A stretch of 64,000 nt of DNA from a virus (IMGVR_UViG_3300033067_001199:1-64000), one strand, 5' to 3'; positions 38,186 through 47,145 are shown, numbered from the stretch's first letter. Numbers and translations: made by a program. The notes: a model not told the origin generated them from the letters alone.

Positions 38186-39085
38186 TTATTTTATTTCAAA
38201 AAGATGCCCTGAGTATATTCCTGTATCAGCGGCACTCGTTAACTGGACAGTGACTACTAGATATTGGTCAACTGTCCAATCAATATTAAATGTTGATACG
38301 GCAGAAGTCGATGATATTACTGATAAGTCCTCTGCTACATTGGAGAAGAACTCTGTATTGGTGGTAGACTTTATAAGCCCAAACTTATTAGCTGTAGCCT
38401 TTAATGTAGCTGCGCTATAAATTGCGGGTGCGTAAAAGTTACTACCACCAACAGTTGCCGATGTATTTATATACCCCCTAAGTAACACTGTCCCTGCTGT
38501 ACCTGTTTTTCTAAAGCGTGGAAAGTAGATTATTGCCTTACCAATACCCCCTGTCCCTGCGGGGATTAATAAGCTATCAACTATAGTCTGTGATGTTGTT
38601 CCCGTAACACTTGAATCAGCCACATGCACATCTTTAAACCCGATATAGGAACTAACATGAGTTTTTAAACTTAACCAGCTAAACTTCTTGGCCTTATTAC
38701 TATCGGCACTATCCATTAATGTAAAATAATCGGCATCTACCGGAGTAGCTTTAGCCGTTAATCCGTTGATGAAGCTGCCAAAGTTTGTAGCTGTTAGTAT
38801 AGCCTGATAGGTAGATGCCGCTGTTGACGCAAGCAGATACCCTAATCCTGTTACATAAGTAACCACCGCGCTCCATACAGGGAATTTGACACTGCTCGCG
38901 CTGTCGCCTGTTGAGGTGCTTTTGTTAGATGCATCTTCTTTACTTGTTGCCAATCCCGAATTAGCCGAAATAGCATCCGCAACCGGTATCAGCAACTCCT
39001 TTAAACTAGAATTGTAAACAGGAGCTTCGCCTTGCAAACCCTCCAGCGTCAATATAACTGTCCTGATGTCTGTGTAAACTGCCAT
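38186..39085 (-). CDS. Tail fibre-like protein (orphan module)
   Basis: TAKATPVDAD...DSADSNKAKKFSW fibre motif, Ser/Thr/Ala-rich shaft, beta-sandwich C-terminus. Confidence 0.7.
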   Translation of the reverse strand: MAVYTDIRTVILTLEGLQGEAPVYNSSLKELLIPVADAISANSGLATSKEDASNKSTSTGDSASSVKFPVWSAVVTYVTGLGYLLASTAASTYQAILTATNFGSFINGLTAKATPVDADYFTLMDSADSNKAKKFSWLSLKTHVSSYIGFKDVHVADSSVTGTTSQTIVDSLLIPAGTGGIGKAIIYFPRFRKTGTAGTVLLRGYINTSATVGGSNFYAPAIYSAATLKATANKFGLIKSTTNTEFFSNVAEDLSVISSTSAVSTFNIDWTVDQYLVVTVQLTSAADTGIYSGHLFEIK

Positions 39086-39783
39086 TGTATTTTTGTTTTA
39101 ACACAAAACTATAAATCTTCGCGCAATTCTTACCACTACAACAACACCTCAACAAACTTACAGCACCTTAAATAAAGTCCCTAAATAAAATCCCTAAATA
39201 AAGTTTTCATAATTCTACCCATCTCCAAAAAAATAAAAAATTCTGTGTGGAGATAAGCTGGTAATCATAGATATTGATGCACACGCCCTGGTGCAAAAGG
39301 GAAATCGAATCCCAAACACCCACCCCCTCCATTTTCATTTCGGAAGGGCAAACGGTTCGACTTTCACACCTGCCCTCATCATTGCCCTCTTTGCAGGAAC
39401 TAGCGCCCAGAATCTCATCTAATGCTGCCAAAGCTATCGACATCTTATTGCAGGAAGTGGCCAATTACCTGTTGTAATTACTATTATGTAAACTAGAAGC
39501 ATATTAAGCCCATTATCAGCGGTTTATACATTTGCTGCCTGTCTTTCATCTTATTGCTTCACCAATTTACCCAGAAACTACGCTATAAAGCCGCATTTTT
39601 CCGCCATTTCAGCACTTTCGGCATCTTATTATCCTGCGCTCCTGTCTTATTTCACCGCCTGATAACAATTTCCCTTTTGCCTGTTTCTTGTTAAATTCGT
39701 TCAAAATTGACCAATTCCGGGCTTTTTGTGGTTAAAAAGGTCGAATCAGTCCGTTTTCCTTTCAATATTCGGGTATAAGGTGT
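39086..39783. other. Largest non-coding region, at a strand switch; candidate genome terminus/packaging region
   Basis: No convincing ORF. Contains tandem repeats, A-tracts, a C-rich CACCCACCCCCTCC run and four TCTTATT motifs; lies just upstream of the early genes. Confidence 0.45.
39166..39204. repeat. Three 13-bp tandem repeats CCYTAAATAAART
   Basis: CCTTAAATAAAGT CCCTAAATAAAAT CCCTAAATAAAGT. Confidence 0.85.
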
Positions 39784-40245
39784 ATGTTCGTGTTGAATAT
39801 GGGACAGATAAAGCGTAAGATATGCCAAACGGAGGCTTTTAAGCACAAGATAAGGGAATATAGCCTATTAGACATTCCTAGCCTATTTGGGGCGTTTAAG
39901 CGTGTTGCTTTCAATCATGGTTTGTGGCGGATAGATTTAGAGCATCTGGTCTGCTGCTCCGCCCTCTGCGAGTTCAACGTGTCCCGACTTGGGGAGGGCG
40001 TATGTAACCAAAGTGAAGTAAGGCTTTTAATGCAGGTGAGGAGAGTAGATACAACTAAAAGCATGAATCGCTTGTTAAGTTCTGGGTTCCTGCTTTCACA
40101 TGGCCGTTCCGTCCTTTGGCCTTGGCAGCCCTGCGCCTACTCCGTTACTGCCGATGGTAAGAGGTTGATAAAGGCAATACATGAAGAGATAGCCGAACAA
40201 CAAAAACGGCTTAATACATTTCACATCACTAAAAGAGAGCGCTAG
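39784..40245 (+). CDS. MarR-like winged-helix protein
   Basis: NQSEVRLLM...TTKSMNRLLSSGFL...YSVTADGKRLIKAI wing motif; start may be 39799. Confidence 0.65.
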   Translation: MFVLNMGQIKRKICQTEAFKHKIREYSLLDIPSLFGAFKRVAFNHGLWRIDLEHLVCCSALCEFNVSRLGEGVCNQSEVRLLMQVRRVDTTKSMNRLLSSGFLLSHGRSVLWPWQPCAYSVTADGKRLIKAIHEEIAEQQKRLNTFHITKRER

Positions 40246-40329
40246 CTATAAGGTGACATTGATATTATGACTGTCCTGTATAATTCAAAGTTATAAACAC
40301 CCCTGTTGATAAATACTTTTGACCTGCTA

Positions 40330-40359
40330 TTGTTTTTATAACATAGAGTTATACATTTG
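40330..40359 (+). promoter_or_regulatory. Bacteroidota sigma70-type early promoter
   Basis: TTG-N19-TACATTTG is an exact consensus match, upstream of the small early ORFs. Confidence 0.75.
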
Positions 40360-40402
40360 CTCCTGTTATTCGGATTCACAAAGCCCGAAATAATGAAACA
40401 AA

Positions 40403-40618
40403 ATGAAACAATTTACCAATGAAAACAGGATAAAAACTGTTACACAATTAAGGGCGTCTTTTTGGGACGCTCACCCAGATTTAAAACAATTTTATCGTAA
40501 GACATGGAAGCAGAATAGATACCATTGCGATATTCGTGTATCGTGGGTAATGTATGTTGACTCCATGCAAAAAGACGGCCTTATTTCTTCACAGTTAGCC
40601 AACCGCGCCACACTATGA
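40403..40618 (+). CDS. Early hypothetical protein
   Basis: 71 aa, A-rich leader. Confidence 0.65.
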   Translation: MKQFTNENRIKTVTQLRASFWDAHPDLKQFYRKTWKQNRYHCDIRVSWVMYVDSMQKDGLISSQLANRATL

Positions 40619-40995
40619 TACTAACAGCTAAATACATTAACAATGGAGAGGAGCGGTCCGTAACATTTAAGAGTCTTGAATTGTTGAATAGTTTTTTTGA
40701 CTTTACTAACCCCTGTACCGAGTTTGGTATAAACCTTTGTGGCTGCCTTCGCCTAAATTCAAACCGATTCAACGGCATTGTTTACATCACTAAATACAGG
40801 GCTAAAACATTCCTCTGGAAGTCCACAGACGGACGAGGAGAGCCGTCTAGCACACACACAGAGGAGCAGATAAAACAAAATTGGAGTCTTACCGATGAAG
40901 ACGAAGACGGACAGACGCTAGAGGAGTTTTTGGAGTTATCCGAGAATGGGGACAAGTGGATTAAGGGAACAGAAATATTAGAAAACATCAGCTAA
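40615..40995 (+). CDS. Early hypothetical protein
   Basis: 126 aa, overlaps the upstream stop. Confidence 0.6.
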   Translation: MILTAKYINNGEERSVTFKSLELLNSFFDFTNPCTEFGINLCGCLRLNSNRFNGIVYITKYRAKTFLWKSTDGRGEPSSTHTEEQIKQNWSLTDEDEDGQTLEEFLELSENGDKWIKGTEILENIS

Positions 40996-41006
40996 AAATA
41001 ACCAAC

Positions 41007-41261
41007 ATGAACACAGTAAAAACACAGCCACAGACAGAGGGAGAGCGCTCACTACTTGAATACCTTGAACAGCTAAAAGCGGAAGGGTTCAGGATTCAAT
41101 TACAACTATGGCCTACTAGCGACTTTACAGGCCTTTCTACTATCAGACGGACACCTACAAACATTTGTAAGGTAGAGGCCAACACAACCCCACGATATAC
41201 CCAATACGAGGAGATAAGCGAGGGATTTTATGACGAACTTGTAACTGTATTTCATTCTTAA
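41007..41261 (+). CDS. Early hypothetical protein
   Basis: 84 aa, good start context. Confidence 0.6.
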   Translation: MNTVKTQPQTEGERSLLEYLEQLKAEGFRIQLQLWPTSDFTGLSTIRRTPTNICKVEANTTPRYTQYEEISEGFYDELVTVFHS

Positions 41262-41290
41262 ATAAACATTAAAAACCAAAAAATACAACT

Positions 41291-41515
41291 ATGGCTAAAT
41301 ACATGCTATTGACAAAAACCGGAACATACCCGCCAAAGTATGAACATGATTCACTTGATAGTGCCGTAACCGAGGCTAAAAGGCTGAATCAGGTATGTCG
41401 AACATCTGTTAAAATCTTGAAGGTAGTAGGCGAAGTTAAAACCGTTCAAGTGCCGGTAACAAGGGATGAAGTAAAGGTTGAGCTGACCGAGCCTTGTGAT
41501 GAATTACCATTCTGA
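41291..41515 (+). CDS. Early hypothetical protein
   Basis: 74 aa, ends DELPF. Confidence 0.65.
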   Translation: MAKYMLLTKTGTYPPKYEHDSLDSAVTEAKRLNQVCRTSVKILKVVGEVKTVQVPVTRDEVKVELTEPCDELPF

Positions 41516-41541
41516 AACGTTCACCAAACACAAAATAAAAT

Positions 41542-41883
41542 ATGAAAACAGAAACTTCAACAAACCACGTCAACCCGCCTGCCGCAAAACCATTGTTGGC
41601 AGCAGTTAATTGGGAACCACGTTTTTTTGCCGAGATAGATGAAAAGCAAGAAGATGGCGATTACTTGAGATTACAACAATGCTGCACTGGTTGCGGGGCT
41701 TTCACAGGAGATTTACCCGGTTATTACTACATAGAAGATAGCGATGCGTGTCCAAAATGCAGAGAGCAAAGTGGCGAAGAGAAGTGGAGCGAAGAAGTAA
41801 TAAGAATAGTTACTCGGCAAAAAATGGATAAGTCAGATATTGATGAGTTGAAAAAAGATTTGTCGGAATATGTCGGCATTTAA
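41542..41883 (+). CDS. Cassette ORF: Zn-finger-like hypothetical (CCTGCG...CPKC); N-terminus encoded by a repeat arm
   Basis: NPPAAKPLLAAV is encoded by the right half-site; the stop is adjacent to the left half-site. Confidence 0.7.
   Translation: MKTETSTNHVNPPAAKPLLAAVNWEPRFFAEIDEKQEDGDYLRLQQCCTGCGAFTGDLPGYYYIEDSDACPKCREQSGEEKWSEEVIRIVTRQKMDKSDIDELKKDLSEYVGI
41574..41605 (+). repeat. attC-like right half-site (CCCGCCTGCCGCAAAACCATT-GTTGGCAGCAG)
   Basis: GTT core at 41595; complementary (with G.T pairs) to 41884-41917. Confidence 0.75.
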
Positions 41884-41917
41884 TTGTTGCTAACGTGATG
41901 CAGCTTGTGGCAGTGCG
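41884..41917 (+). repeat. attC-like left half-site (TTGTTGCTAAC-GTGATGCAGCTTGTGGCAGTGCG)
   Basis: AAC core right after the stop; pairs 11/11 (WC or G.T) with GTTGGCAGCAG; GTGGCAG pairs with CTGCCGC. Confidence 0.75.
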
Positions 41918-41986
41918 ACTATAACCGATAAATTTAATTTGGAACACTAAACCTTTTTTAAATAACCCTATAAACCCCTAACTATT

Positions 41987-42631
41987 ATGATTTGCGATAA
42001 CTGCTTAAAAGACTGCGACAAACTAACTGATGTAACACAGGGCGATAACACGTTTGAGCTTTGTGAACAATGCGCTAGTGCGAAACACCTGCCCCATTAT
42101 GACCAACTACGCTATAAGAAAGTGAAAGAAACCTACTCCGAGGCGATTGTGTTCATTCGCTCTGGGGATTTCTATACTGCTCTGGGAACGGACGTTGACA
42201 AGGTATGTAATGCGCTCAAAATAGAGGCCTTTCCGCCTTATGATGGGCACCCGGAAACTGTCAACCTATCATCTATGCAGATGGATACTCATTTGCCTAA
42301 ATTGGTTCGAGCCGGTCATAAAGTAATCTTAATGGATGAACTGTCACACTCTGAAAAGAAACCTAGAACAGACCTAGACCTTGTTCAATGCTCCCCAGAT
42401 ATGTTTGAAGTAGGCAAGTACAACGTATTCTTCGGAGAGGAAGAGATTGGCACACTAGAAGACTGTACGGAGTCAAAAGGTATCTGGATAGCTAGACCCT
42501 TTGGCGTAGTAATGGGAAGCGGAGCATACAGCAAAGAAAGCGCTATTGCTCACCTTATGAAAGTAAGGAACGCAAGTATCACCAAGAAGCAACAAATAAC
42601 ACTATCCTCTAATCAAACATCGCTATTCTAA
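41987..42631 (+). CDS. Protein with a stand-alone MutS domain I
   Basis: RYKKVKETYSEAIVFIRSGDFYTALGTDVDKVCNALKI...LPKLVRAGHKVILMD; N-terminal CxxC...CxxC. Confidence 0.8.
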   Translation: MICDNCLKDCDKLTDVTQGDNTFELCEQCASAKHLPHYDQLRYKKVKETYSEAIVFIRSGDFYTALGTDVDKVCNALKIEAFPPYDGHPETVNLSSMQMDTHLPKLVRAGHKVILMDELSHSEKKPRTDLDLVQCSPDMFEVGKYNVFFGEEEIGTLEDCTESKGIWIARPFGVVMGSGAYSKESAIAHLMKVRNASITKKQQITLSSNQTSLF

Positions 42632-42694
42632 TTATGACACAGACAGAAATTAACCGCAGGACCCCATTCGCTATAACCAAATAAAAAACGATTT

Positions 42695-42832
42695 ATGAAA
42701 ATCTACGAGAAAGACCGTTTCATCCAATGGCTGATAATTACCCTATTATTTTTAGGTGTGATAGTGGCCGTATTGAAGACAGGAGAAAACATTCGTTCAC
42801 AAAGTAAAGCCACATTCCTTGAAGCCAAATAA
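42695..42832 (+). CDS. 45-aa single-TM peptide
   Basis: Manual translation MKIYEKDRFIQWLIITLLFLGVIVAVLK... Confidence 0.5.
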   Translation: MKIYEKDRFIQWLIITLLFLGVIVAVLKTGENIRSQSKATFLEAK

Positions 42833-43015
42833 CCATTTTGAATATCGGTTCGGCAAATATCTGTCAATCGGTAATGTCAATCAGCGCATCAATGCAAAGA
42901 GCAACTACAATGCTTTGAACATTAACTACCTCTGGGGAAACTGTATTGAATATTTGAGAATAGGAAGCGTCCCTAAAACAGACAGCCCAGCCATATACAG
43001 TAGAGGCTGCGGTAA

Positions 43016-43303
43016 TTGGAAATTATACCACAAATAGCCATGAATACAGCAACAGCAATACAAGAGAAAGCAACCACTACGCACAAGGCCGAACTATTCG
43101 CTTTGAGCATACGTCTGAAGCAGTTAAATAAATTCGATGAAGCTAGTCTGGTTCGTAGTTTAATACTAGGCCACACTATTCGAGTAACACCCTTTATGTC
43201 CTTGTGGCTGACTCTTTGTAACTATCAGTATGTTACACAGGACTTTCAGCTAATAGGCAGAACAGGAGCCGTAGTTTTCGCAACATATTTTTCTAATCAC
43301 TAA
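43016..43303 (+). CDS. Hypothetical protein
   Basis: 95 aa; start uncertain. Confidence 0.5.
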   Translation: MEIIPQIAMNTATAIQEKATTTHKAELFALSIRLKQLNKFDEASLVRSLILGHTIRVTPFMSLWLTLCNYQYVTQDFQLIGRTGAVVFATYFSNH

Positions 43304-43314
43304 ATCAATAAACC

Positions 43315-43968
43315 ATGTCAACAGAAGCAACCGGCCAAGAGCCAAAAAAAGCGTCCCTATTCTCTAGCGCTAAAGTAGTAGAGAAGAAAACGGCAACTAA
43401 GGAGGAGAAGTTGTCTATCGTATTAAAGGAAAGTGAATTTCCGGGTTTCTCTAATCAGCTAAAGAGGGCAACCGAAATCAGAAACATATCTGCCGACCTG
43501 GAAGCAGAGGGTAAGATGATAGAGGGGCAGATTAAAGAGATTGGGAAAGCTCAGTTTATCAACCTGTATGCAAAGGGTAAGGTCAACCCTGGTTCGTTTA
43601 TTCTGAAAGGAGAAGAGGGCGGAGCGATGATGTTTATTATGATGGATAAATATTTGTCTATTGATAGTGACAGAGCAGAGCAGTTAAAAGAAACTTTTGG
43701 CGAGGATACTGTTAGCACAAGTGTTGAGTACAGTTTTAATCCAACCCTGTTAGAAAAGTACGAATCAGTTTTGAGTGAACTGATAATGAACTGCAAAGAG
43801 ATAACTGATGAGGACAAGGCTGAACTGATTGTTCAGAAGCCAAAGTATTCAGTATCTAAGGGAATGATTGAAAGGGTATCTGCCATAGCCGGTAACGATG
43901 CCGCTAGAATGGAAACAGTAATAAATTCTATTCAGCCTGTCGCGCAGCTCAAGAACTCAAAGGGTTAA
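43315..43968 (+). CDS. Hypothetical protein (217 aa)
   Basis: Long ORF with strong coding bias and a good leader. Confidence 0.75.
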   Translation: MSTEATGQEPKKASLFSSAKVVEKKTATKEEKLSIVLKESEFPGFSNQLKRATEIRNISADLEAEGKMIEGQIKEIGKAQFINLYAKGKVNPGSFILKGEEGGAMMFIMMDKYLSIDSDRAEQLKETFGEDTVSTSVEYSFNPTLLEKYESVLSELIMNCKEITDEDKAELIVQKPKYSVSKGMIERVSAIAGNDAARMETVINSIQPVAQLKNSKG

Positions 43969-44032
43969 ACTGTTTCAAGTCAGTATAAATTGTGAGTCCT
44001 GCCGCGAGGCAGTAAACAAACTTAACCAAGCC

Positions 44033-44209
44033 ATGAAAGGAAAAGAAGAAAAATACAAGGTAGTCCATACGCACAGATATTTTGTGGGCATTGAGAACAC
44101 CCAAGCGCCACAGGGCGCAAAGTACGTCCGTTATTGGAACGATGAAAAGCATTTAGCAGAAGCCAAAGAAATAACCAAAAGACTGAACGATGAACAACGC
44201 AGCGCCTAA
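44033..44209 (+). CDS. 58-aa hypothetical protein
   Basis: Manual translation MKGKEEKYKVVHTHRYF...; fills the gap before the ligase. Confidence 0.5.
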   Translation: MKGKEEKYKVVHTHRYFVGIENTQAPQGAKYVRYWNDEKHLAEAKEITKRLNDEQRSA

Positions 44210-44831
44210 CTTCATTTTTCCTCCGAGAGCCGAATACAAAATAAATCCGGAGAACATCTTCAAGTATGATAACGGCACCTACTACGGACAGCCAAAGTTA
44301 AACGGTGATGCAACGGTAATGTGGCTACATCAAGACGGAAGCCGTAAGGTCTGGAATCGGCATGGAATAAGAAAAGCCCAGATAGACTACGGAAAGGTAG
44401 ATTTAAACCCTTTGCATAGAGGTAATGGATGGATGGCATTGGCAGGGGAGTATATGATTAAAAGCAAGAACGGAGAAGACGGCCAGCTATTCAACCACAA
44501 GTTTTGTATCTGGGATATTATGGCTATTGATGGAAAGACTTTAGAGGGCACAACTGTTGAGCAGAGGGTAGAACTTATTCGCTCTATCTATGAATGTAAC
44601 GTATCAAAAAACAAACATTTGCTAGGCATCAAAGGGGCAGAGAATTGTTTTGTAATACCAAGTTACGAGGGTAATTTTACAGAACTTTACAACGAACTTG
44701 TTCAGACCGATATGTATGAGGGATTTCTATTGAAGTTGAAGAAAGGTAAACTTCAGCCCGGACTACGTGAGAGTAACAATGCTAGTTGGCAGATTAAGGC
44801 AAGGAAAGAAACTAATAACTATAAATTCTAA
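44190..44831 (+). CDS. ATP-dependent ligase-like nucleotidyltransferase, adenylation domain only
   Basis: Motif I QPKLNG, WNRHG, III LAGEY, IIIa FCIWDI, IV EGFLLK, V WQIKAR; the ORF ends 7 aa later. Confidence 0.8.
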   Translation: MNNAAPNFIFPPRAEYKINPENIFKYDNGTYYGQPKLNGDATVMWLHQDGSRKVWNRHGIRKAQIDYGKVDLNPLHRGNGWMALAGEYMIKSKNGEDGQLFNHKFCIWDIMAIDGKTLEGTTVEQRVELIRSIYECNVSKNKHLLGIKGAENCFVIPSYEGNFTELYNELVQTDMYEGFLLKLKKGKLQPGLRESNNASWQIKARKETNNYKF

Positions 44832-44835
44832 AGCT

Positions 44836-45018
44836 ATGGCATACATAAAATTTGAGGGAAAGAACGTATTGAATATTCATGCGGTAATGGAGAGGACAAA
44901 GGCATTGAAACACCTGCAAAGCATTGACGCTGTTGCGATGGTTATATACCGGTGCCCGAAAGAGCCGAACAGCCCAGATTTGAAGACTGTATATTTAGTA
45001 AACCAAATAGCAAACTAG
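44836..45018 (+). CDS. 60-aa hypothetical protein
   Basis: ATG 44836 follows the ligase stop. Confidence 0.5.
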   Translation: MAYIKFEGKNVLNIHAVMERTKALKHLQSIDAVAMVIYRCPKEPNSPDLKTVYLVNQIAN

Positions 45019-45020
45019 CC

Positions 45021-45890
45021 ATGACTCAAGAACAGATGGTAATTCAATTTATGAATGATGGGCAGCCAAAGTCTATCAAGGACATACACGATGGAACAGG
45101 AATACTTCGCCCTAATGTGAGGCGGATTCTAGGGCAGGGCGAGAAGTCTGGAAAGTTTGAGAGGACAGGCAAGGGAGTGTATGTGGCCAAAACTAGCGAT
45201 GGTAAGGTAGTTGCTTATGTAAACTGCCAAGATGCCAAAACCGCCCTGGATGAGTTAGTTTCCGATGGCGCTAAATTCGATATGATTTTTGTTGACGCTC
45301 CCTATTTCAGCCGAGCATTGGTAGGCGGTAACAGAGGGATAAAATACTCTTTCGTTTCGCCTGGTGAATTTGCGGAGGTGATGAAGAGCGTCTTCTCTCT
45401 TATTCGGGATGAAGAAAGCCATGTTTACGTCATGCTATCTGGGGCAGATACAGCGCAGGTGGATATGGAAAAGTATGTAGCCGCAGTTGTCGGGTCCGGA
45501 TTAAAATTAGTGACGGAGGGAAGCTATACTAAAACCTTTGCCGATGGAAAGCCGGTTACAAATGTGAGAGGTGAGCAGGCGAAGCCTGAAAGGCTGATGT
45601 TGTTTACCCAAAGCGGAGCAGCAAACTACTCTAACATGAACTTTGTGTTTCAGCGACCAAAGGGATATCAAAGCGAAAAGGCAAAGGAACTGTTAAGGGC
45701 GCTAATTGAACAGGCTACAAAGGTCGGTGACTTTATCCTAGATATGTTCGGAGGAAGTGGTGTAACAGCGGAGCAGGCTATCCTAAGTGGAAGAAGCGTT
45801 TATTTGGTGGAGAAGTCGGAGGATACTGTTTCTAACTTCATCCTGCCCAGAGTAAGGTCAGCAATCAATTCGTACAACTTTTTAATATAA
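45021..45890 (+). CDS. wHTH-DNA methyltransferase fusion (start ATG 45021)
   Basis: N-terminal KSIKDIHDGTGILRPNVRRILG...FERTGKGVY wHTH; IFVDAPY catalytic variant; KAKELLRALI...ILDMFGGSGVT. Confidence 0.8.
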   Translation: MTQEQMVIQFMNDGQPKSIKDIHDGTGILRPNVRRILGQGEKSGKFERTGKGVYVAKTSDGKVVAYVNCQDAKTALDELVSDGAKFDMIFVDAPYFSRALVGGNRGIKYSFVSPGEFAEVMKSVFSLIRDEESHVYVMLSGADTAQVDMEKYVAAVVGSGLKLVTEGSYTKTFADGKPVTNVRGEQAKPERLMLFTQSGAANYSNMNFVFQRPKGYQSEKAKELLRALIEQATKVGDFILDMFGGSGVTAEQAILSGRSVYLVEKSEDTVSNFILPRVRSAINSYNFLI

Positions 45891-45908
45891 CCCCTAAAAA
45901 GTAATATT

Positions 45909-46067
45909 ATGGAAATCAAGCGCATCAAGCTCTACGACCTGTTTTACAACAAGGTAAAGATAGTAAACAACCAACCCTATCCTGTCTGCAATGGCAAGAA
46001 GAGCGAACTGTCCAGAGATACCAGAAACTACCGCAAAAACCTTTTTGAAATAAAACTTCACATTTAA
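45909..46067 (+). CDS. 52-aa hypothetical protein
   Basis: Manual translation MEIKRIKLYDLFYNK... Confidence 0.45.
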   Translation: MEIKRIKLYDLFYNKVKIVNNQPYPVCNGKKSELSRDTRNYRKNLFEIKLHI

Positions 46068-46079
46068 TTTAGTCGGCTA

Positions 46080-46421
46080 TTGTATAATTCAAACTTATAC
46101 TTTAGCTTTGCCGCAGATTACGATAAAACAAAATCAAAAATCAATATGAGCAGAATGTCACTAGAGGGAGGATTCGATGAATACTTCCCAACACCAGAGA
46201 AAGAAATTTTACAGGAGCAATGTAGTTGTTGCGAGGCCGTAATGGATTCAGATAAATTGCACAGGCCTGTTGCATACAAGTACTTCTTCTCTCACTACGC
46301 TCCATGCCGGTTCGGTTGTTGTGACCTTTGCCTTGAAGAGTTTGAAAGCGGCAGAAACCCCATCTACAAAACCATCTCTTTTGTAAGAGAGTATGTACTA
46401 TCTAAATCGGAGGGAAAGTGA
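46080..46421 (+). CDS. Hypothetical Cys-rich protein
   Basis: CSCC...C..GCCDLC; start may be internal. Confidence 0.55.
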   Translation: MYNSNLYFSFAADYDKTKSKINMSRMSLEGGFDEYFPTPEKEILQEQCSCCEAVMDSDKLHRPVAYKYFFSHYAPCRFGCCDLCLEEFESGRNPIYKTISFVREYVLSKSEGK

Positions 46422-46858
46422 AAAGAGAAATTTCAGACCTGCGCAATCAGCATATTGAACTGATGCGACAGAAAGACTCATTTTTGGATAGCCTACTCAC
46501 AGCAACACTAAGCCCAGAAGAAAGGGCGGAGGTTGACTTGAAACTTGCTTGCTTGACAGGCAACATAAAAAGAATTGACCGGACTATACACACAATAGCA
46601 TTTGGCGGAGAACTAACCGAAGAGGACGCGGCCTTGTCTTTCATGGCAATAGCTGAACATTCGTTTAAGGAGGCTGCAAGAGCCATGCACGAAGAGATTT
46701 ATGGACTACATGGCAAAGTAGCCACACTACGGCAAAAGGTGTATAATCAAGCTAAAGCGATGAGGGCATTACAATTACAAAACCAAAAACCACAACATGA
46801 CCAAAAACCACAACATGATAAGTCAAAAACTTTTCAACAAGCTAGTAAACGTAGCTAG
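46418..46858 (+). CDS. Hypothetical coiled-coil protein
   Basis: 146 aa, coupled GTG start. Confidence 0.6.
   Translation: MKREISDLRNQHIELMRQKDSFLDSLLTATLSPEERAEVDLKLACLTGNIKRIDRTIHTIAFGGELTEEDAALSFMAIAEHSFKEAARAMHEEIYGLHGKVATLRQKVYNQAKAMRALQLQNQKPQHDQKPQHDKSKTFQQASKRS
46783..46818. repeat. 18-bp perfect tandem duplication CCAAAAACCACAACATGA x2
   Basis: Seen directly; encodes QKPQHD twice and duplicates the next gene's ATG context. Confidence 0.9.
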
Positions 46859-47135
46859 TCGGGTTCACCAGACTGACCAGGGCCGCACAAATATTATTGC
46901 TGACCTGTTTGATATCTCCGAATTAGAGTATCAGCAGTTATCTAAATGCGTAGTTGTGCCTGCGGAGTCTGCGGAGATGCTTCTTCACCTTGTATCGAGC
47001 GAAATAGCGCTTGTAAAGGCAGGATACGATGAGCGATGCTGGATAAACGAAAACAGGGGAGGCATACCCAACCCAGAGCCGCCTACCGAAGAACTGAATA
47101 GGCTTGAAAATCTTAAACAATTACTTAATCAATAA
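46797..47135 (+). CDS. Hypothetical protein
   Basis: 112 aa, with two alternative ATGs from the duplication. Confidence 0.6.
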   Translation: MTKNHNMISQKLFNKLVNVASRVHQTDQGRTNIIADLFDISELEYQQLSKCVVVPAESAEMLLHLVSSEIALVKAGYDERCWINENRGGIPNPEPPTEELNRLENLKQLLNQ

Positions 47136-47145
47136 AACAAACAGC

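Noticed and set aside
41516-41541. TGAAACGTT after the 74-aa ORF as an additional repeat half-site
   Set aside because: No recognisable arm follows and there is no matching GTT core at the start of that ORF.
43977-44012. CTGCC-GCGA-GGCAG hairpin as a terminator
   Set aside because: 5-bp stem with no U-tract; insufficient support.
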